From assembly GCF_009914755.1 (NCBI RefSeq), contig NC_060927.1: DNA of 64,000 nucleotides; one strand, 5' to 3'. Positions 45,418-62,426 of the stretch are shown here, in pieces. The translations under genes and the position numbers were made by a program. The stretch is from the human T2T-CHM13v2.0 reference genome, Homo sapiens. Numbering within the stretch: position 1 is the stretch's first letter; every line of letters starts with the position of its first letter. The notes beneath the pieces are model-generated. The model was given only the letters and a program-made list of their open reading frames with translations. It made no database searches and was not told where the DNA came from.

Positions 45418-48400
45418 GTCCAGACTGATGCCCTAGCCTCCTTACTGTTCCCTTGCTTCTACTCTGCTTCCATTGCTATCCATTCTCTTCTCCAAAGGCA
45501 AAGTGCCCAATTAAAAATACAAGTCGCATGATATCACCCCATACTGCTGATCTTTCTTTGGACCCTAGATTAAAATACAAAATTCATCTTAGGCTTCTCA
45601 AGGCCCTGCGGTTCTTGCCAAACTTTCCAACATCATCTGTACCCCTCTCCCCTTGTTCTTATTGCTTCAGCTATACTTCAATTTCTTCAGAAGCACCGAG
45701 CTCCCTCTCACATCAATCTTCATGCAAGTTGTTCTCTTCTGCCTTGAAGGTTCTTCCATTCCTGTCTGCCTGTTTCATCTTTTGGAGCTCAGCTTAAATG
45801 ATTTTTCCTCAAAGAAGCATTTCTTGACCAAAAGCTAGAGGTAATATCTTCATTTTACAAATCAGCAAACTGAGGTGCAAAGATATTAAGAAACTTGCCT
45901 AATGTTCTTACAAATAATAAGACCATAATTTGAATTCACATCCCACTCCGAAGTCCAGGTACTTAATCATTCTGCTATGCTATCACTTAAGTTAAACAAA
46001 CAAACAAAAAGATTAAATCTTACAGAGCTCTCTTTAACTTGGTGTTAACCTCTTTACTATCCAAAACATCTGAAGCAATCATTTATGTTTATGGTTAAGA
46101 GAGTCTGGCCCTCTGGGCCCAAGTCTCCCAGTGGGTCCTTAGGTATCCCATGTGGCACCCCTTCATATCATCAAGGCTCCCGGCATTCAGGCAGGAACAT
46201 CCGAGCCAGGAGCCTAAGCCCAGCACATAACAACATAGCCATGGGACTGCTTCTTCAGTCCTGCCCTGAAGATCTCCATCAGCTTTCCACTTCTCTCCTC
46301 CACTCTGGGGACTCTAGACCACACACACAGCAAAACAAACCATGTAATCACGTTCCACATTTCTTGAACTTTTCATCAGATTCCCTCCAACAATAGTTTC
46401 CCAGCTTCCTAACCCTCAGTGTGGTGGGAGATAAAAGCAGATTATCTGCAGTGTGGAACTGGGAGCCATGTGACACTTACTCATCTTCTGATTCCATGAA
46501 TCTGAACAAGTCTCATTGCCACTTGAGGCTTAGTTTTCTTTTTTCTAAGATGGGGCTATCTCAGCAGACTGCTATAAAAAGTAAAAGAAGCAAAAATTAT
46601 AAAGAAATTCTATAAATCCTGAAGTCAAGTTATTATTATTAAAATTTATTATTATAGATGATTAATTTATAGGCATTTTGCATCTAAGCCTTCTCCCACT
46701 CACAGATGCTTAGGAGGTAGTCTTGGAATCACAGCCCTTTAGATGTGGTGCACCTTTCTTTAGAAAATAGGAAAAGTTCTGTAATTCCATGAGTAAGCCA
46801 GAAGATAAAATTGAAAATATAGCATATCAAGCGTGTCCTCTATGTCTAACAAGGCTGTTTTGTGGAATCATCATACAATCTATAATAATTCTATACATCA
46901 AAAGCAAATATACATGATGATCATGCATTCAAAGAAGAGACAAGAAAAAATTGATCACTATTAACATATTTCCAAAGCAAATCTACAAAATTTCCAGAGC
47001 AAATTTATTCTCTCACCAAGAATAAAAGCAATGAGTTTCCATATGAGTAAGCCCAGGACTTTTTAAAATACAATTTTATGAGACAAAGCTTACATTTCTA
47101 AAGATCTTCCAAAATATTCCTATTGCTTCCTCAAATGCAGAGACTGCCTCACTTCCTATAAATTGTTTTTCTACTTCTGTTCAAGAAAAACAAATTCATT
47201 AAAACTTTAAAGACTTAATCTCGAGTTACGTCTTGATGAGATCTCTGTGGGATGAAAGAAATCAAGAGATCACAATAACTGCTATTTTAAAATGTTCCTA
47301 CAATGGAAACATAATTTGTTGTTGAGAATGCACTGCTGTAGAGAGAACCGAATTTTAAAAACATGTTCAAAATATCAGTTTAAACCCTAAGGTGGGTTTC
47401 TGAAAAGTTAGGGGTCTTACTGTTTTTTTTTTTTTAACAAAAATCAAGCCAAATATCATTTAATTAGGCTGACTTTGTAGTTCAGATATGAGTCATACTT
47501 TCAAAAGAGAAAATGTAATCAAAGTACTTCCTATAAATGTAAAATATCACCTGTCATATAAATCTATTCTTGACCCATATATTGGCCAAAACTATTTCAA
47601 TTTATAAAAATCTAACTCATATTCCATAAATCACATGATTAAACATTATTTCACCTTTACTGTCAACTTTCTTCTTGAAGTTTCTATTTCCTACGATATT
47701 TTCTTCCTCTATGCAAAAGGATACGTTTTATAATAAAAATGTTGAATGAGTATACTGTTAAACACTGTGCATCTACCGAAACAATGTAAAAGAATACTGA
47801 AATATTTTGAATAACCATAATTTTTATAACAGCAGAAACAGGGACTCAGAAAGATAAGGTAAATGAAAATCAACAAAATCGGGTAAATTACAATTACTAC
47901 TTTGATTTATTTTACCATGTAGTGTAATTCTACTCCATTACTTTTTAAAGGGATCGGCGTATGAAATCAAATCTTTAAATTGTAAAAAAATTCTGAAGAT
48001 CTTTAGGTTTTAAGATAGATTTTTCCTGATTGATTATTCTTTTCATGTTCTGGTTTGAGGTAAGAAACTAAGTTATATAGAAATATAATAAAAACACCCA
48101 CATCACTTAAAATACCTAGATTTAGGCTTAATCAATTGCTTTGCTCTTTCCAGAGAGGGTCTCATTTGAAAAATGAAAGAGTAATATTGATGACCTCCAA
48201 GGTTCGTGGCCACTCAGACATTCAGAGATTCTACAAACACCTTTCCCTCCTTGATTATGAGTGTTACCCTTTGTCTGTAATAACTTCCGAGTCAAAACAT
48301 ACATCATTTTGTAGTCAATCATTTGTACTATTGTTTCTACTCAAAATAAAGCTAAAGGTTGGACATGAATAAGCGTGTAATTCATACGGATGTACTAATA

Positions 48401-51400
48401 GTCTAGATACAACAAATTAAGTGGCATCAACATTTAGGCAAATATTCTAGTGTGCCTGACTAATACAGCCTTTTCACACATAAATAATGACTCAAATAAT
48501 GACTATAAGTACACTCTTTTCTCATTAGAAAGTGCACAAACAGAAATGTTCTAAAGGCTTTTTCATGGTTCAATGACCTCATCCAACTTTCCAGTTCAGG
48601 GTCTCCAATATTTCATTTTCAAAGATCTACAGTCCACACAGTGTCTAAGGGGCCCATTAACCCTAGCTGCCTATAGGTCTTCAATAATGCTATACGGTGG
48701 TCATTGCTGAAGTCCAATGGCCTCCTTAGCCTATGCCTTCTTCTACAAGTTACCTCTTCTACTCTACCCTATCTCTGTTCTAATTATAAAATAACGATCA
48801 CAATGATAATAATAATACCAATGGTTAAAACTTTGACAGAAGACATCCAGTTATTTACACTAGTTGATGTTACTTTCTGCTGTGTTGCAAGGAAGGTAGG
48901 AAAAAAAGTCAACTGAATCTAGTTCTAGTCTCAATTTTGACAAAACCTAGTTGTGTAACCTTAGATAAATTACAAACTTGCAATGGCTCCAGGATTTCTC
49001 ATCTACAAAGACAGAGATTTTGCTGCACAAAAAGGATCCAATGTGCACCCTGGCCCTGAAACTGTGTGATGTGAGGCCATACCTAGTCATTTCCCATGTT
49101 TTCATTCTGTGTTACTGTCATTTTAAATCTGAGCCCTTTGCCATGATAATTTCAGGATCCCCACTGTATTTATACAGCTTCAATACTACACATATCAGAA
49201 CTTGGTTAGCTAAGAAAAAAGAGAAGGAGAGATACTCAATGTGTCAGCCCTGAAATCAGAAATACAACCGTGGCCTTTCCCATCAAACACTTGCCTTAGA
49301 TTCACTTCCTAAGCCTCACTCCCCTAGAAAGTCTGGTCAATGGAACATGTGTCTCAGTGACAGAAATTCAGAGTGGAAATTCTTTATCAGGACAAATTAT
49401 TCCACTTCACCACTTTACCATTTGTGAGTTACTTTGTTAGTTCACAATGATATGGCTTAGGAAGGCTAGTGGTTTCAAGAATCAGTCAAATATTAAGTGA
49501 ATACAACATCAAAGTGATTATAAAACAGATTCGAATAGTTTTTCTTTTTGGTGTTTAGCAACTTCCTCCCAATCCAACTAAAGATTCTTCTCTGGAACTG
49601 ATATGTGGAAGGTGCTATCTCTCTATAAATAGACTTATTCCATGCTATGTGAATCATGGCTGCTGACAGCAAATCAACAGATTAATTATTTGGCTTTGTT
49701 AGTGAAGATAATAGCACACTATCATCTTCCCAAAATGTTTTTACACACACCACATGCCCATTCTTCTAAGCTAAGCTTCAGAACAAACTGAAATGGTATA
49801 CAAATACACGCAGGTTGCCCTTGCACTGGGAATGTCTTAATAGGTCCTGCCATCTCTCTGCCAGATTGTTATTTTGACACTTTAGCTAAAGGAAGTCACC
49901 AGTCAGGATCCTCTCTGATAAGATGAACACTGTGTAGAACAAAAAGGGAGGCAAATTAAACGAACACTGAAGAAAACAATAAACTCAGAAACTGCCTCAA
50001 ATCTCTGTTTTCTAATGAGATGCTAAGGAAGAGCCCACAGGAAGCAGCAAATACAGTCCTTCCTTCCCATGCAAAATGAAGCCATGCAAAAGTAACCCAT
50101 TGATCATCTCCAAGTCAACTCCAGAGATCAGGATCAGTTTATGTTACCCGTTCACATATATCCACCTATCATTCTTATTATCTTGTTTTTTAGAAGAGGC
50201 TGACTAGGATCAACTCAAAAACGTCATATAATTTTCCCAACTAGAGTGCAAGCACGTACTTCAGAGATTGAGATATAAAAGTCACATTGAGTTCAGAACC
50301 TTGAAGTCCTCTGTAGACCACATAAGCCCTAAGAAAAGAAGGCCTCCAAATTATCCCTCCACAACAGAACAGGTTATTTTATTTTCCACTAGGTGAGTTA
50401 CTTTGTAGAGGTAATTCAAACTATTGCATAAATCTTCACTTTATAAAATGAACATGCTATACTAATTGGACATAAAATAATAGAGACTAATAGCTCCTGT
50501 CTTGGGATCATAATTATTTTTGTATACTCCTGAAATTTACCACTTTATCATCATCACAAAATAAGAAAATGAGCCTAGTATGGAGTGGACAATGTCATGA
50601 AAACCCAACGGAAAATGAAACAGGGTCGCTTCTTCACAAGGCTTAACCCCAAATTTCTGAGCTAATTCTGAGCCCGACTTGTCCAGACTTCCCAAGTGTC
50701 GCCCTTCATCCAATGGACCCAACCATGTACTTCATTGCTGGAAACCAACAGCACGCCACAGTCAGAGTTGCAAAGAGACAAACTAGCCAACAGATTACAG
50801 GGCAGGCTCCCTTTCCAGACAGTATTTCCTTCCAGTTGTCCACAATAGGGGTAGAGTATCTGCAGAATGCAAATGGCTCTGCAGCCACAACCCAGAAAAC
50901 CAACAGTCTGATGGAAGCACAGATCTCTCCGCAATTCTGCTTCCATTCTCTCAAGCTGGGTACACTGGCCTGGCTTGACCTGGAAATCATCATGTCAAAA
51001 CTTTGGGTATCCAATTTCCCTTTGCAAGTAGAGACACATCCAAAAGCAATCATCTGCGGTCGGGGCTGCAGAAGAGAATTAGCTTCAGAAAGCCCACGCC
51101 ATGAAAATCTCTGATCAAGCTGAAGTTTTCTTTACACTCCTTGAGGCCAAACTGTGTATACTGTCTTGTTCCCTCAATGTCTCAAAAGTGTGAGTGTGCT
51201 AAGTATGGTAATAGGACAGAAACGTTAATGAGCAGAGTCCTTGGAAACAATGAGAGGGGTTGGAAGAAAATAATAGGAAAATGAAGACTGTGTAAAGGAA
51301 GTGAAAGAGCATGAGGGAAAAATGAAGAGGTGAGAAATTGACAAGGGCGTCTGAAAGATGCAATGCCAAGTGTTGCTGGAGGAAGAGTTGGAAAAATAAT

Positions 51401-51514
51401 AAATTTAAGTTCATCTGGTGTCTACTAGGTGTCTATCATGGATTATGAGGGATAAGGGAAGGGCTGTATTAATCTTTAGGTCCTCAGTGGGCAGCGTAAG
51501 TACTGTACTCTACA

Positions 51515-51608
51515 GACGGATGGATGCATGGACGGATAGATGCATGGATGGATGGATGGGAGAGCGGGAGAGAGAGAGAAGAGATGAATGAATGAATTAA
51601 TGAATGAA
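51515..51608. repeat. (GGAT)n, (GA)n and (GAAT)n low-complexity tract
   Basis: gacggatggatgcatggacggatagatgcatggatggatggatgg...gaatgaatgaattaatgaatgaa. Confidence 0.8.
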
Positions 51609-51819
51609 GTGGTCACTCCCCTCAAGGACTCTACAGGCTCTTTTGGAATAAGTGCATCTATACATGTAATTCTTCTCCTGGTCAAACCCCGGACTGATCA
51701 AAGTAGAGTGTTTTTGCTGAATATGGGGCAAGAAGCTATTAACTGACAGAGTGGTTGAAAGAAGTCTGGAAATGAGAGAAGAGGGGTCAGAATGTAAAAG
51801 AGGAATCCTGGTTCCCTTC

Positions 51820-54119
<2,300 letters not shown>

Positions 54120-54130
<11 letters not shown>

Positions 54131-54200
54131 TTCCTCCCTCCCTCCCGCCACCCCTCTCCCTCCTCTCTGTGTCTTCTGTCTCTCCCCTTTTCTCCTCTCT
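54120..54200. repeat. Polypyrimidine/polypurine tract at the island edge
   Basis: ctcccttctttcctccctccctcccgccacccctctccctcctctctgtgtcttctgtctctccccttttctcctctct. Confidence 0.75.
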
Positions 54201-55844
54201 ACGCAATCCTACGTGATTGAGGTTTGGATGAGAAATTCTCAGAGGCAGAGCGAGGGAACTGCAGCTTGGGTCTGCTCCGTCCGGTCCCTCCCACAAGAGA
54301 AACACAACCACAGTGGGAGTTAAAGGACCCTAGGTGCGCAAAGAAGAGGTGGGATGGGGGAGCTGAGAAAATGCAGTCCACACTCTCTCCAATAAGCTTG
54401 AGCACGTAGAATTCTCTGTTTAGTTAGGAAGAAAGTGAACACTGGAGAAAGTAAAAATGACCTCTTGGACCTTATCGTGGGCCCCACCTATGGCTCATTT
54501 TGGAACAGGAAAAAGTGTTTCCCTTCTTCTTGGAACCCAGATTTCTTGGTTCTGTCTGGAAAGCTGCAAAGCAGGCTCAGTCCCTAAAAAGAGAGCCCAA
54601 ATAAGCAGCCTGCACAGAGGATGACTCCAGGTGCGGCGAGGGAGTGATGTGGACAAGGACAGTCAACAACAAGCTGTGGAATGCAATCAGGTCTCCAGAC
54701 GTGAATGTGACGACATCTGATGTTGGAGACACTGGGCAGAGGAGTTCTCCAAGTTAAAATGCAGCATGAAGCATTAATCACCCTCCATTTATGCTAAAGT
54801 CTGGGAGCGGCTATTGGTTTCTACTTACAATTTCTCTTCATATATCCCTAATCTCTCTCCTTCAGACACTTCACGAAGCATCTAGGATAGTGCGAAAGGA
54901 TTAAATGTATGATTTCCAAGCACAGACAGGTGTATGTTGGCAACATCCTAATAGAAGGCAAGGAAAATGCAGGCCCTGAAGCTACTGAAAATGGATGTGG
55001 GACCCAGAGGGAACCCAGGAGCTTTCTAGATATGAGCACAAACCTATGGGCCTAGCCAAGATTCACTTGGGCAATAAGAAGGATTGAGATCTGTGACGTT
55101 GTTCAGATCAAGCAGGAGTCTAACACCCTACCATGCCCGGGGGCCTGGACCTTCCAGGCTGCCAGCTGGGCAAAGCAGAGGCTGGCAGATAGAGGCTCAT
55201 GGGACAAACAGCTGGGAGGAGGATTAAATAGGCAAGACATCCTGAGGAAAGGGAGAATCCCAGCTGTCATTTGGGAAGCACACATCCCCTGCAGCAGTTC
55301 AATGTGGCTGAATGAAGACAGTGGATATATCCTTGGAATTCTAGCAATACAGAACAAGACACGTGAAAAAGACACACGCACACACACACCTCAGGTCCAA
55401 AAGCAAGGCTGAATGCATTTCCATATGTGCATCTGGATGGGGTGAGGGGCATTACTTAACATCAACTGGTAATTCTATCAATTAGGAAAATATTCACATT
55501 CCACAGATAAAATTATTTTCCTTCCTTGGCTACTAGAAGACTTGTCTCATTCTTGAGCAAGGCAGACACAGATAGTACAGTGGGCTTTGGGGGCTCCCTG
55601 TCCTTGCTATTAAACACCCACACAGACAAAGGTCAGCTAAGGGGAGTAGCCAGAGAAATAGGCAAGAGGGGGTGTATAATGAGGACTTGAGGAAATTATT
55701 GCTAAATTTGGAGTCTCTTTTATATTCTCAAAATGGGGATAATCATTCTCATCTACCTCGCAGAAGTGAATATGCATGTGTAAGCATTCTGAAAACTGGA
55801 AAATGCCAAATGAATGAATAAAATATGGCCGGTTTTTTTTTTCC

Positions 55845-55975
55845 AAAGAAAATGCATGAGATTCACCTGAAATGCTTGTTAACATGCTGATTCCTGATGG
55901 TCTCTCAAAACACGAAGTGGAAGTCTGTATGGGTAGAGCCTGGGAATCTGAATTCTTCACAATTTCTCCAGGTGT
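55845..55975. mobile_element. MER5A-like fragment
   Basis: attcacctgaaatgcttgttaacatgctgattcctg...gagcctgggaatctgaattcttcacaatttctccaggtg. Confidence 0.6.
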
Positions 55976-58084
55976 CAAAGTGTCAGAGTTTAATGTATGT
56001 TTGCAACATAAATAATACTAGAAGACAAAAGTAAAATATAGTACATTTCTCCAGAACTGCAGTCCTGTGCACCGCCACCCTGCGCCCCCTATAAAAGGCC
56101 TGGAAAGAGGATGTGTATTCTTTAGTCTTTGTGTTGCTGATTTTTTTCTGTAGGTTTATGAGATATGAGGGTGTGCTGGTGCAGAAGGTAACGAATACAG
56201 AGGCACAGGAGAGAAGGAAGTTATGAGGAAAGATGAAAAGGCAGGTAGCTGTTGCTGTTTGAAGTTCTCCTCTCTGTCTTAACCTGACAACATCAAGTTA
56301 GGCATTTAAAGAACAGAACAAAAACAATGTCAGCTTTCTGGGAGCAACATTCTTTCTGTGTTTAGATCTCTATTAAAAGAATGTAGTGTTTTGGATTCAA
56401 TCGGACAACAAAGACTACTTTTTCCCTCGCACTCCTGCAGCTATTGTCAGAGTGCTTTTTGGCTTTTTAAGTCATCATCAGCATAATTTACTCCATTTCC
56501 CCAGTGAGAAGAGGTGAGTATAAAGAAATTTAAGAAGTTAGCTAAGACCTAAATATATGGATATTGAGCTCAGAAGCAATGCTTAAATCAATTTATTTTA
56601 TATATAGAAATTCGTAGGTTTCCTACCTGGGCCACTAAATCTCATAAGTCTTTCTCCACAGTTACTCGTACATTTCCAATATCTTTGCATTTTGGGATCA
56701 GGAATGAAATTAAGCCAACCTACTGATGATTTAGGTTAAACTAACAACCAGGTATTTAAAGGGTTATGTCCCAGGGATACCAATACTTTGATTTTTATGC
56801 TTTCTTTGAACAACTTAAGAATTTCTTATTCCTATTCTGAAGACATTATGAGTGGAAGAAGTTTTAATTACTTTGAAGAAAATTGTCAAATGCACATCAA
56901 AATGATAATTATGTAGTTATATTTAGTTATATATATATAGTCTATGTTTTTGGGCTCTAGTCAAACAAATAAAAACATGGGCAGTCTTAATTATCTCCAC
57001 ATTTTAAAAGGAAAAACAGAGGCTTTTTGGTCTTTTGCTTATTCATAGGCCAAGTCTTTCAACTTCCAAATCTACTATTAGGGCTAGTTTACACATTCAT
57101 TTTAAACATTGCATTGTCCACAGATTACATCCAGGGCTCTGTCAGTTACCGTGAAATTCCAGACACTTCCACATTCTCTCTGCCCTCAACAAGCTTCCAG
57201 TTCATGACATTATGAACTTTCTTGGCTCTTGTTTTAATCGCCCACTAGCTGTATGCTGTTGGACACGTTATTCAACCTCTCTAAACTACATCTGCAAAAT
57301 AGATACATAATAATACTAGCAGTACCTAACTAGGCTCTTGAAAGACTCAAAGAAGATGTGATAATAACGTAAAGTATGAGAATGACCATGCTGTTATTAA
57401 AATCTCCATTTAAATTAAGTCCCTGCCATAAAATACAGATTTCCTAAAACAGGAAAACACACCTTATGATTCATACACATCATCATTCACTCTTGGAATG
57501 TATTTAACAAAGGCTGAAAATTTACTTGAAATGAATGATTAACCTTGACATTGTCATGGCAAACAGAATTTCATTAGTGGAATATTGTCAGTGTCCTTGT
57601 CTTGAGAACACAAAGAAGTCTAGCTCTGCTCATACATCATCTTGCTCTGAGATCAGGCCCCTGACTCAAAGTCGGGTGAATATGAGCTCACTGGGCTCTG
57701 CCACAGCAAATGGAAGAAGACCTTTTCTCCATGAATTTTATTATATAAAGTAGCTGTATTTCCACTTGCTTTTTTCTGACATATTGTCAGTTACAGTAGG
57801 CTGACAAAAGCAATATAAAGAACTACTTTCTAATAATTTGTAAATTCCTTTATATAGCAAATTTATTCATGGTGCTTTATTCAACAATTCGACAACTGAA
57901 TTACTACATGTTATATGTCCATCTGGTTTTGATCATCTTCCAAAACAGAAAAGAGAACAGATTTAATTCCTCTTTATGACATAGATGAAGGGTGGTATCA
58001 TTGCCCAAAAAGGGAAATTTTCAATGTTCTGGAGAATAGGTATTTTGATAAGAAACATAGATGTAATTAATGTGAGCCAATGAG

Positions 58085-58600
58085 AAGTGCCCTACACACT
58101 TATAAGTGCATTACAATTATTGACACATTGAATCCTTACAACAACTCTATGAGGTAAGTTCTGTCATATCGCCATTTTATAAATGAAGAAACCAGGACAG
58201 AGAGGTTAAGTTGTTTAACCAAGGTCACCCAGCTAAGAATTGCCAGAGTTCAGATTCACACCCATATAATTTATTTCCAGAGTTTCCCTTTTACCTCTGT
58301 GCTATACGCATGTCAACAAAAACAAAACACCATGAATAATTACAATCATGTAATAAAGTCAATAAAATAAGAATGTGCAGATCACATACATTTATGTAAC
58401 TCTTTACTAATTACAAATCATCTTCTCATGTATTATCTCACTGAGACTCTTCAACAATCTTATGATGGAAGCTAAAGGGAAAATAATAATTCAGTTTCAC
58501 AAGCTGAGACTCCAATAAGTAATGTGATCGCCCAAGGTCATACAATCAATGAGTGAAGATCTATGAGTTTAATCCAGGCCTTTTAACCTCAATGTGACTA
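58085..58600 (-). mobile_element. Two adjacent MIR elements (further MIR remnants near 15540, 18470, 29850, 38420, 40340, 45840, 46430, 48880, 57230 and 62810)
   Basis: MIR core: aatccttacaacaactctatgaggta...ccattttataaatgaagaaacc...agaggttaag...caaggtcacccagcta. Confidence 0.6.
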
Positions 58601-59589
58601 CTGCCCTAACTAAAGTAACCTGGAGGGGAAAAATGAGAATGCCAAATGTACTTCCATTCACTAGCTTCTAACATGGTTTCACATCTTGTGAATGACCTTG
58701 AAGAGATCATTTTGTGTTGGAAGGGAGAGGAAACAAGTATCCCCAATTCTCTCCCCGTGAAGCTCTTTCCTTTTTCTAGATGAGGAAGCTACTCCTGGTT
58801 TTACTATTGTTGGCCAAGATAGGGTACTATGTTTTCTTTGGTTCTAGGAGGGTGGTCTTGAAACACTCTCCTTCTTAGTTTAGTAATTCAAGTCGAGCTC
58901 AATAAGAAAATCAAAGGGAAACTAAGTTAAAACAGAAAGTAAAGAAGCTTATAAGGGGAAAAATATAAATTTCCTCCATTTTCATTCCTTAAAAATGTAC
59001 ATTGGTTTGGCTTATACCACCTAGGAGATGGTTGATACTTGGTTATTTTCCTTCATAGCTGGGTTAAGGATGCTGAAAGACCTGTCACAACAGACCGCCC
59101 ATCATTTTAGCCCTACTCTAAGTCCCACTGTCACTAACCCAGTGGCACCTTTTCCTTTTCAAAGAGAAACTCGGCTAGAAGATCCCTATTTGAATGTAAT
59201 ACCCATAAGGACAGGGCCATTGTCTATTTTGTTTACTTTCTTATCTCTAGTGCTTAAAATAATCTTTGCACATAGCCAGATACTCAAAAAATACTCAAAT
59301 AAATGAATTAATTCATCAATCCATCCACCCAGATTTTTGAGCCAAATAGATGCATGGGTCATCCCAAAGTGAAGAATGGGGTATCAACTCTTTGTATCAG
59401 GAAATAAGCTCAGGTAACTCAAGGGTAGCCTCCACATTTCCAAAGTTGATTGTTTTGTTTTATCAACACTCCCTAAAATTCTCTGCCTAAATATTAAATC
59501 TGATATCCTCAGAGGGTACATGGTACCTAGGTTTCTGCTCTGATCACCCCCATCCCCATATCTAGGCCTATATTTTCAGTTCTGATACT

Positions 59590-59609
59590 TCTCTTCTCTC
59601 TCTCTCTCT

Positions 59610-59660
<51 letters not shown>
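59590..59660. repeat. Compound (CT)n(CA)n microsatellite
   Basis: ctctctctctctctc followed by about 23 CA units. Confidence 0.95.
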
Positions 59661-59661
<1 letters not shown>

Positions 59662-62426
59662 CATGTTCACAGAAGAAAAGGAATATAATAAGGCAAACAG
59701 AGAGCCACAGACATCAGGTAAAATGAGTAGGCAACTTTAAAATCTCAGAATATGACTAAAATGACCTTAAAATGGTTTAATAATCTTCACATTCATACTG
59801 TCACCCATGTTCACTGAGATTCTTTCTCCATGGGCCATTCCTAGTTGCTCTCATTCTAAATTTAGATTCCAAATTTTCAGGGAATGGATCTTGTTGAAAT
59901 AGCAGTCTCTTACAGCACCCAGCACATGACTGACACTCAAAATATACTATTAAAACCACAATAAATTCATATTTTTGTCCTCTGCATGCACACAGCACCA
60001 GACACTGTGAAAGTAAGAGACAATTAATGAGAGATCTCACTGATCCTGCATTCACAGGTATCTGATGTTGAGTAAGATTTTACTGGAGATAACTGAAATA
60101 TACTAACTGATTAGAAAAAATCTGTCAGAGGATCAAATGGAAGTTTGGACAAGGTGACCAATAGGACATTTCTTGTCCTAATTTTGTAGAATTCTCTAAG
60201 AGTAAAATGTTAAGTACAAAGAGTATGCAATTTAGAGTAGATAAGTTGTCCTTACATAAAGCTACTTCGTCTGCCTGAGTTGAAGTTTATTTGCCTGTGA
60301 AACAACTACATTATAGGACCTAAATTGGTGAAAATAATAGGTTGAAATTATGGCACTGATTTGTGAAATGAGAAAAAGTGTGAATGAATAAATGAATGAA
60401 CAGATCAGCAGATGAGTGGACAGATGTTTGTATGGAGGAAATACAGCATATTTCATTTAAATATCCCTAAATTAGCATTGTTAGGCTAAGCGAAATTGCT
60501 CCCAATAAAAATTTAACAAGATGTGGAGAGCTTGTTAGCAGATTAAAAACATTGAAGAATTCTAGGATAGTACATGAAAGCATGTAATAAAAATCCGTCA
60601 CTCACTTAAAAGTAATTTTTACATAAAACAATATTCCCCTGTGCCTAGTATTAGCCACTAATCCAACCTGCAACATGACATCAAGGAGGCATTGATGTAG
60701 ATGTCTGTGTGTCTGCGAAGTCTACAGCCAAAACAGACAGACAGATAGATATAGATAGGTATGCATTTTGGTGCTCAGCTATCCAGAAAAGCAGGTATAA
60801 GATAATGTATAAGAATATTTCTTTAAACAGTATTTGCAGCAGGAAGAAACAATATTTTTCCAATGTTTTGGACAGGATAATCATATTTAAACTTGCAGTG
60901 TTAACTGCAAGGGATCTCATGAGGTCATCAGCCTACTCTAGGTAATGTATACACATTGTAGTAAGCTAGCAACAGTTTAAGAGAGGAGATTTATTTAAAA
61001 GTAGGCTGGAAATTGTCTCCTGGTTGGTTGAGTATGCTAATGGCATGGCAATGGAAAAACAGCATGATCCTCATTGCATTTTGACAGTTCTTTCTCTCAT
61101 TTCTTTAAAAGGCCATGACCAGGAAATAGCCGTAACTGGCCTTTAAAAGATAAGTAACCAAAAGCGTTTATTATTTTGTAAGGACAAAAGGCAGGGAAAG
61201 AATGTTGACTTCATGCCAAGAGAAGTAGAATTCATTACCAAAAAAAAAAAAAATGCTAAAAATGATCTGTGTATAAGAGTAGACACAGAATTTAAGGGTA
61301 AGAATCTGACTTAGAATTTTTGTTCCTCCTGTAAGAACGTAGTATAGTGTTTGGAATATAAGATAGACACTGTAAGCATGTGTTGATTTTTAACTTTGAC
61401 TTAAAAATAATAAATGTTCAGGATGAATAAGAATAATCTCAATGTCACCTTAAGCAAAACCCTAGGCATGCTTTTATTAATAGTGGAATCACCTTTGATC
61501 TCTGATAGCATCAGTTAAGTAGTGGCTATTAAAACAAGAAATAAATGTTTGATAAATATGGTAAAAAACAAATGGTTTTAATCTAGGAGAGTTTCCCTTA
61601 TCTCCTTTGTACATCTAGCAGATACTGAACCCTTGATAAAACCCTGCTGCAACCCTGATAAAACCCTAAGGTAAACCCACACCACTCTAGGGAAGGGCAA
61701 GGTTATGCCCTAAGTGAGGGAAACATCATAGTTTCAGGCAACAGCTAAGAGATCTGAGCCTTGGAAGGTGCATTTAAACTCAAAAAAGAGGATGTGCCTT
61801 GTTCTTTTGTGCCTGGATTTTGAATAATTTGCCCATGTTTATGGTTGTGCTGACAGACAAAGGAAGAAATCCTCTACCAAGCAGAATTAAGCCAGGAACT
61901 GCACAGGAAAACAATCTCATAGGGATTATTTTAAGATATTAGTCTGGAGTTGTGGACTCCAAAGAGTGAACTATATCAAGTTATGTAGATGTTAGATGCA
62001 AATTACTCTCCACATTGTAATTTTCTTTGTTACACACTGGCTTTCAATAAAGTCTTATGTTAATGTTCCTATTCAGTCTCTCTTTTGCTGCCGGTAATTA
62101 ATAAAAAAGTTAATATGTCAATGCTTAGGCCAGGAGCTACATACTACGCAGCACCATAGAAATAACAAACATAATTAATTAGAGTCTCCAAGCTGTATCT
62201 CTGGGGTGAGTTAGTCCTCACTACAAGACACTCGTTCAACACAGACTATGGAGAATTAACAGTATGATGTCAGTCAAGAAGTTGTTGGGTTTTCCTTACC
62301 AAGTCCTTATATAATTTCAGGCAAATCCTTTGAACCACAGAAAAATATCAAAAAACTCTGCGTTCCAATTATAGGTTAAAAGTGTTTGAGGGACACGAAG
62401 GATAGGGTAGGGAATCGAAGGGACAT

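Noticed and set aside
50662-51114. Overlapping 94-133 aa ORFs on both strands
   Set aside because: No recognisable homology or splice structure; lengths are compatible with chance
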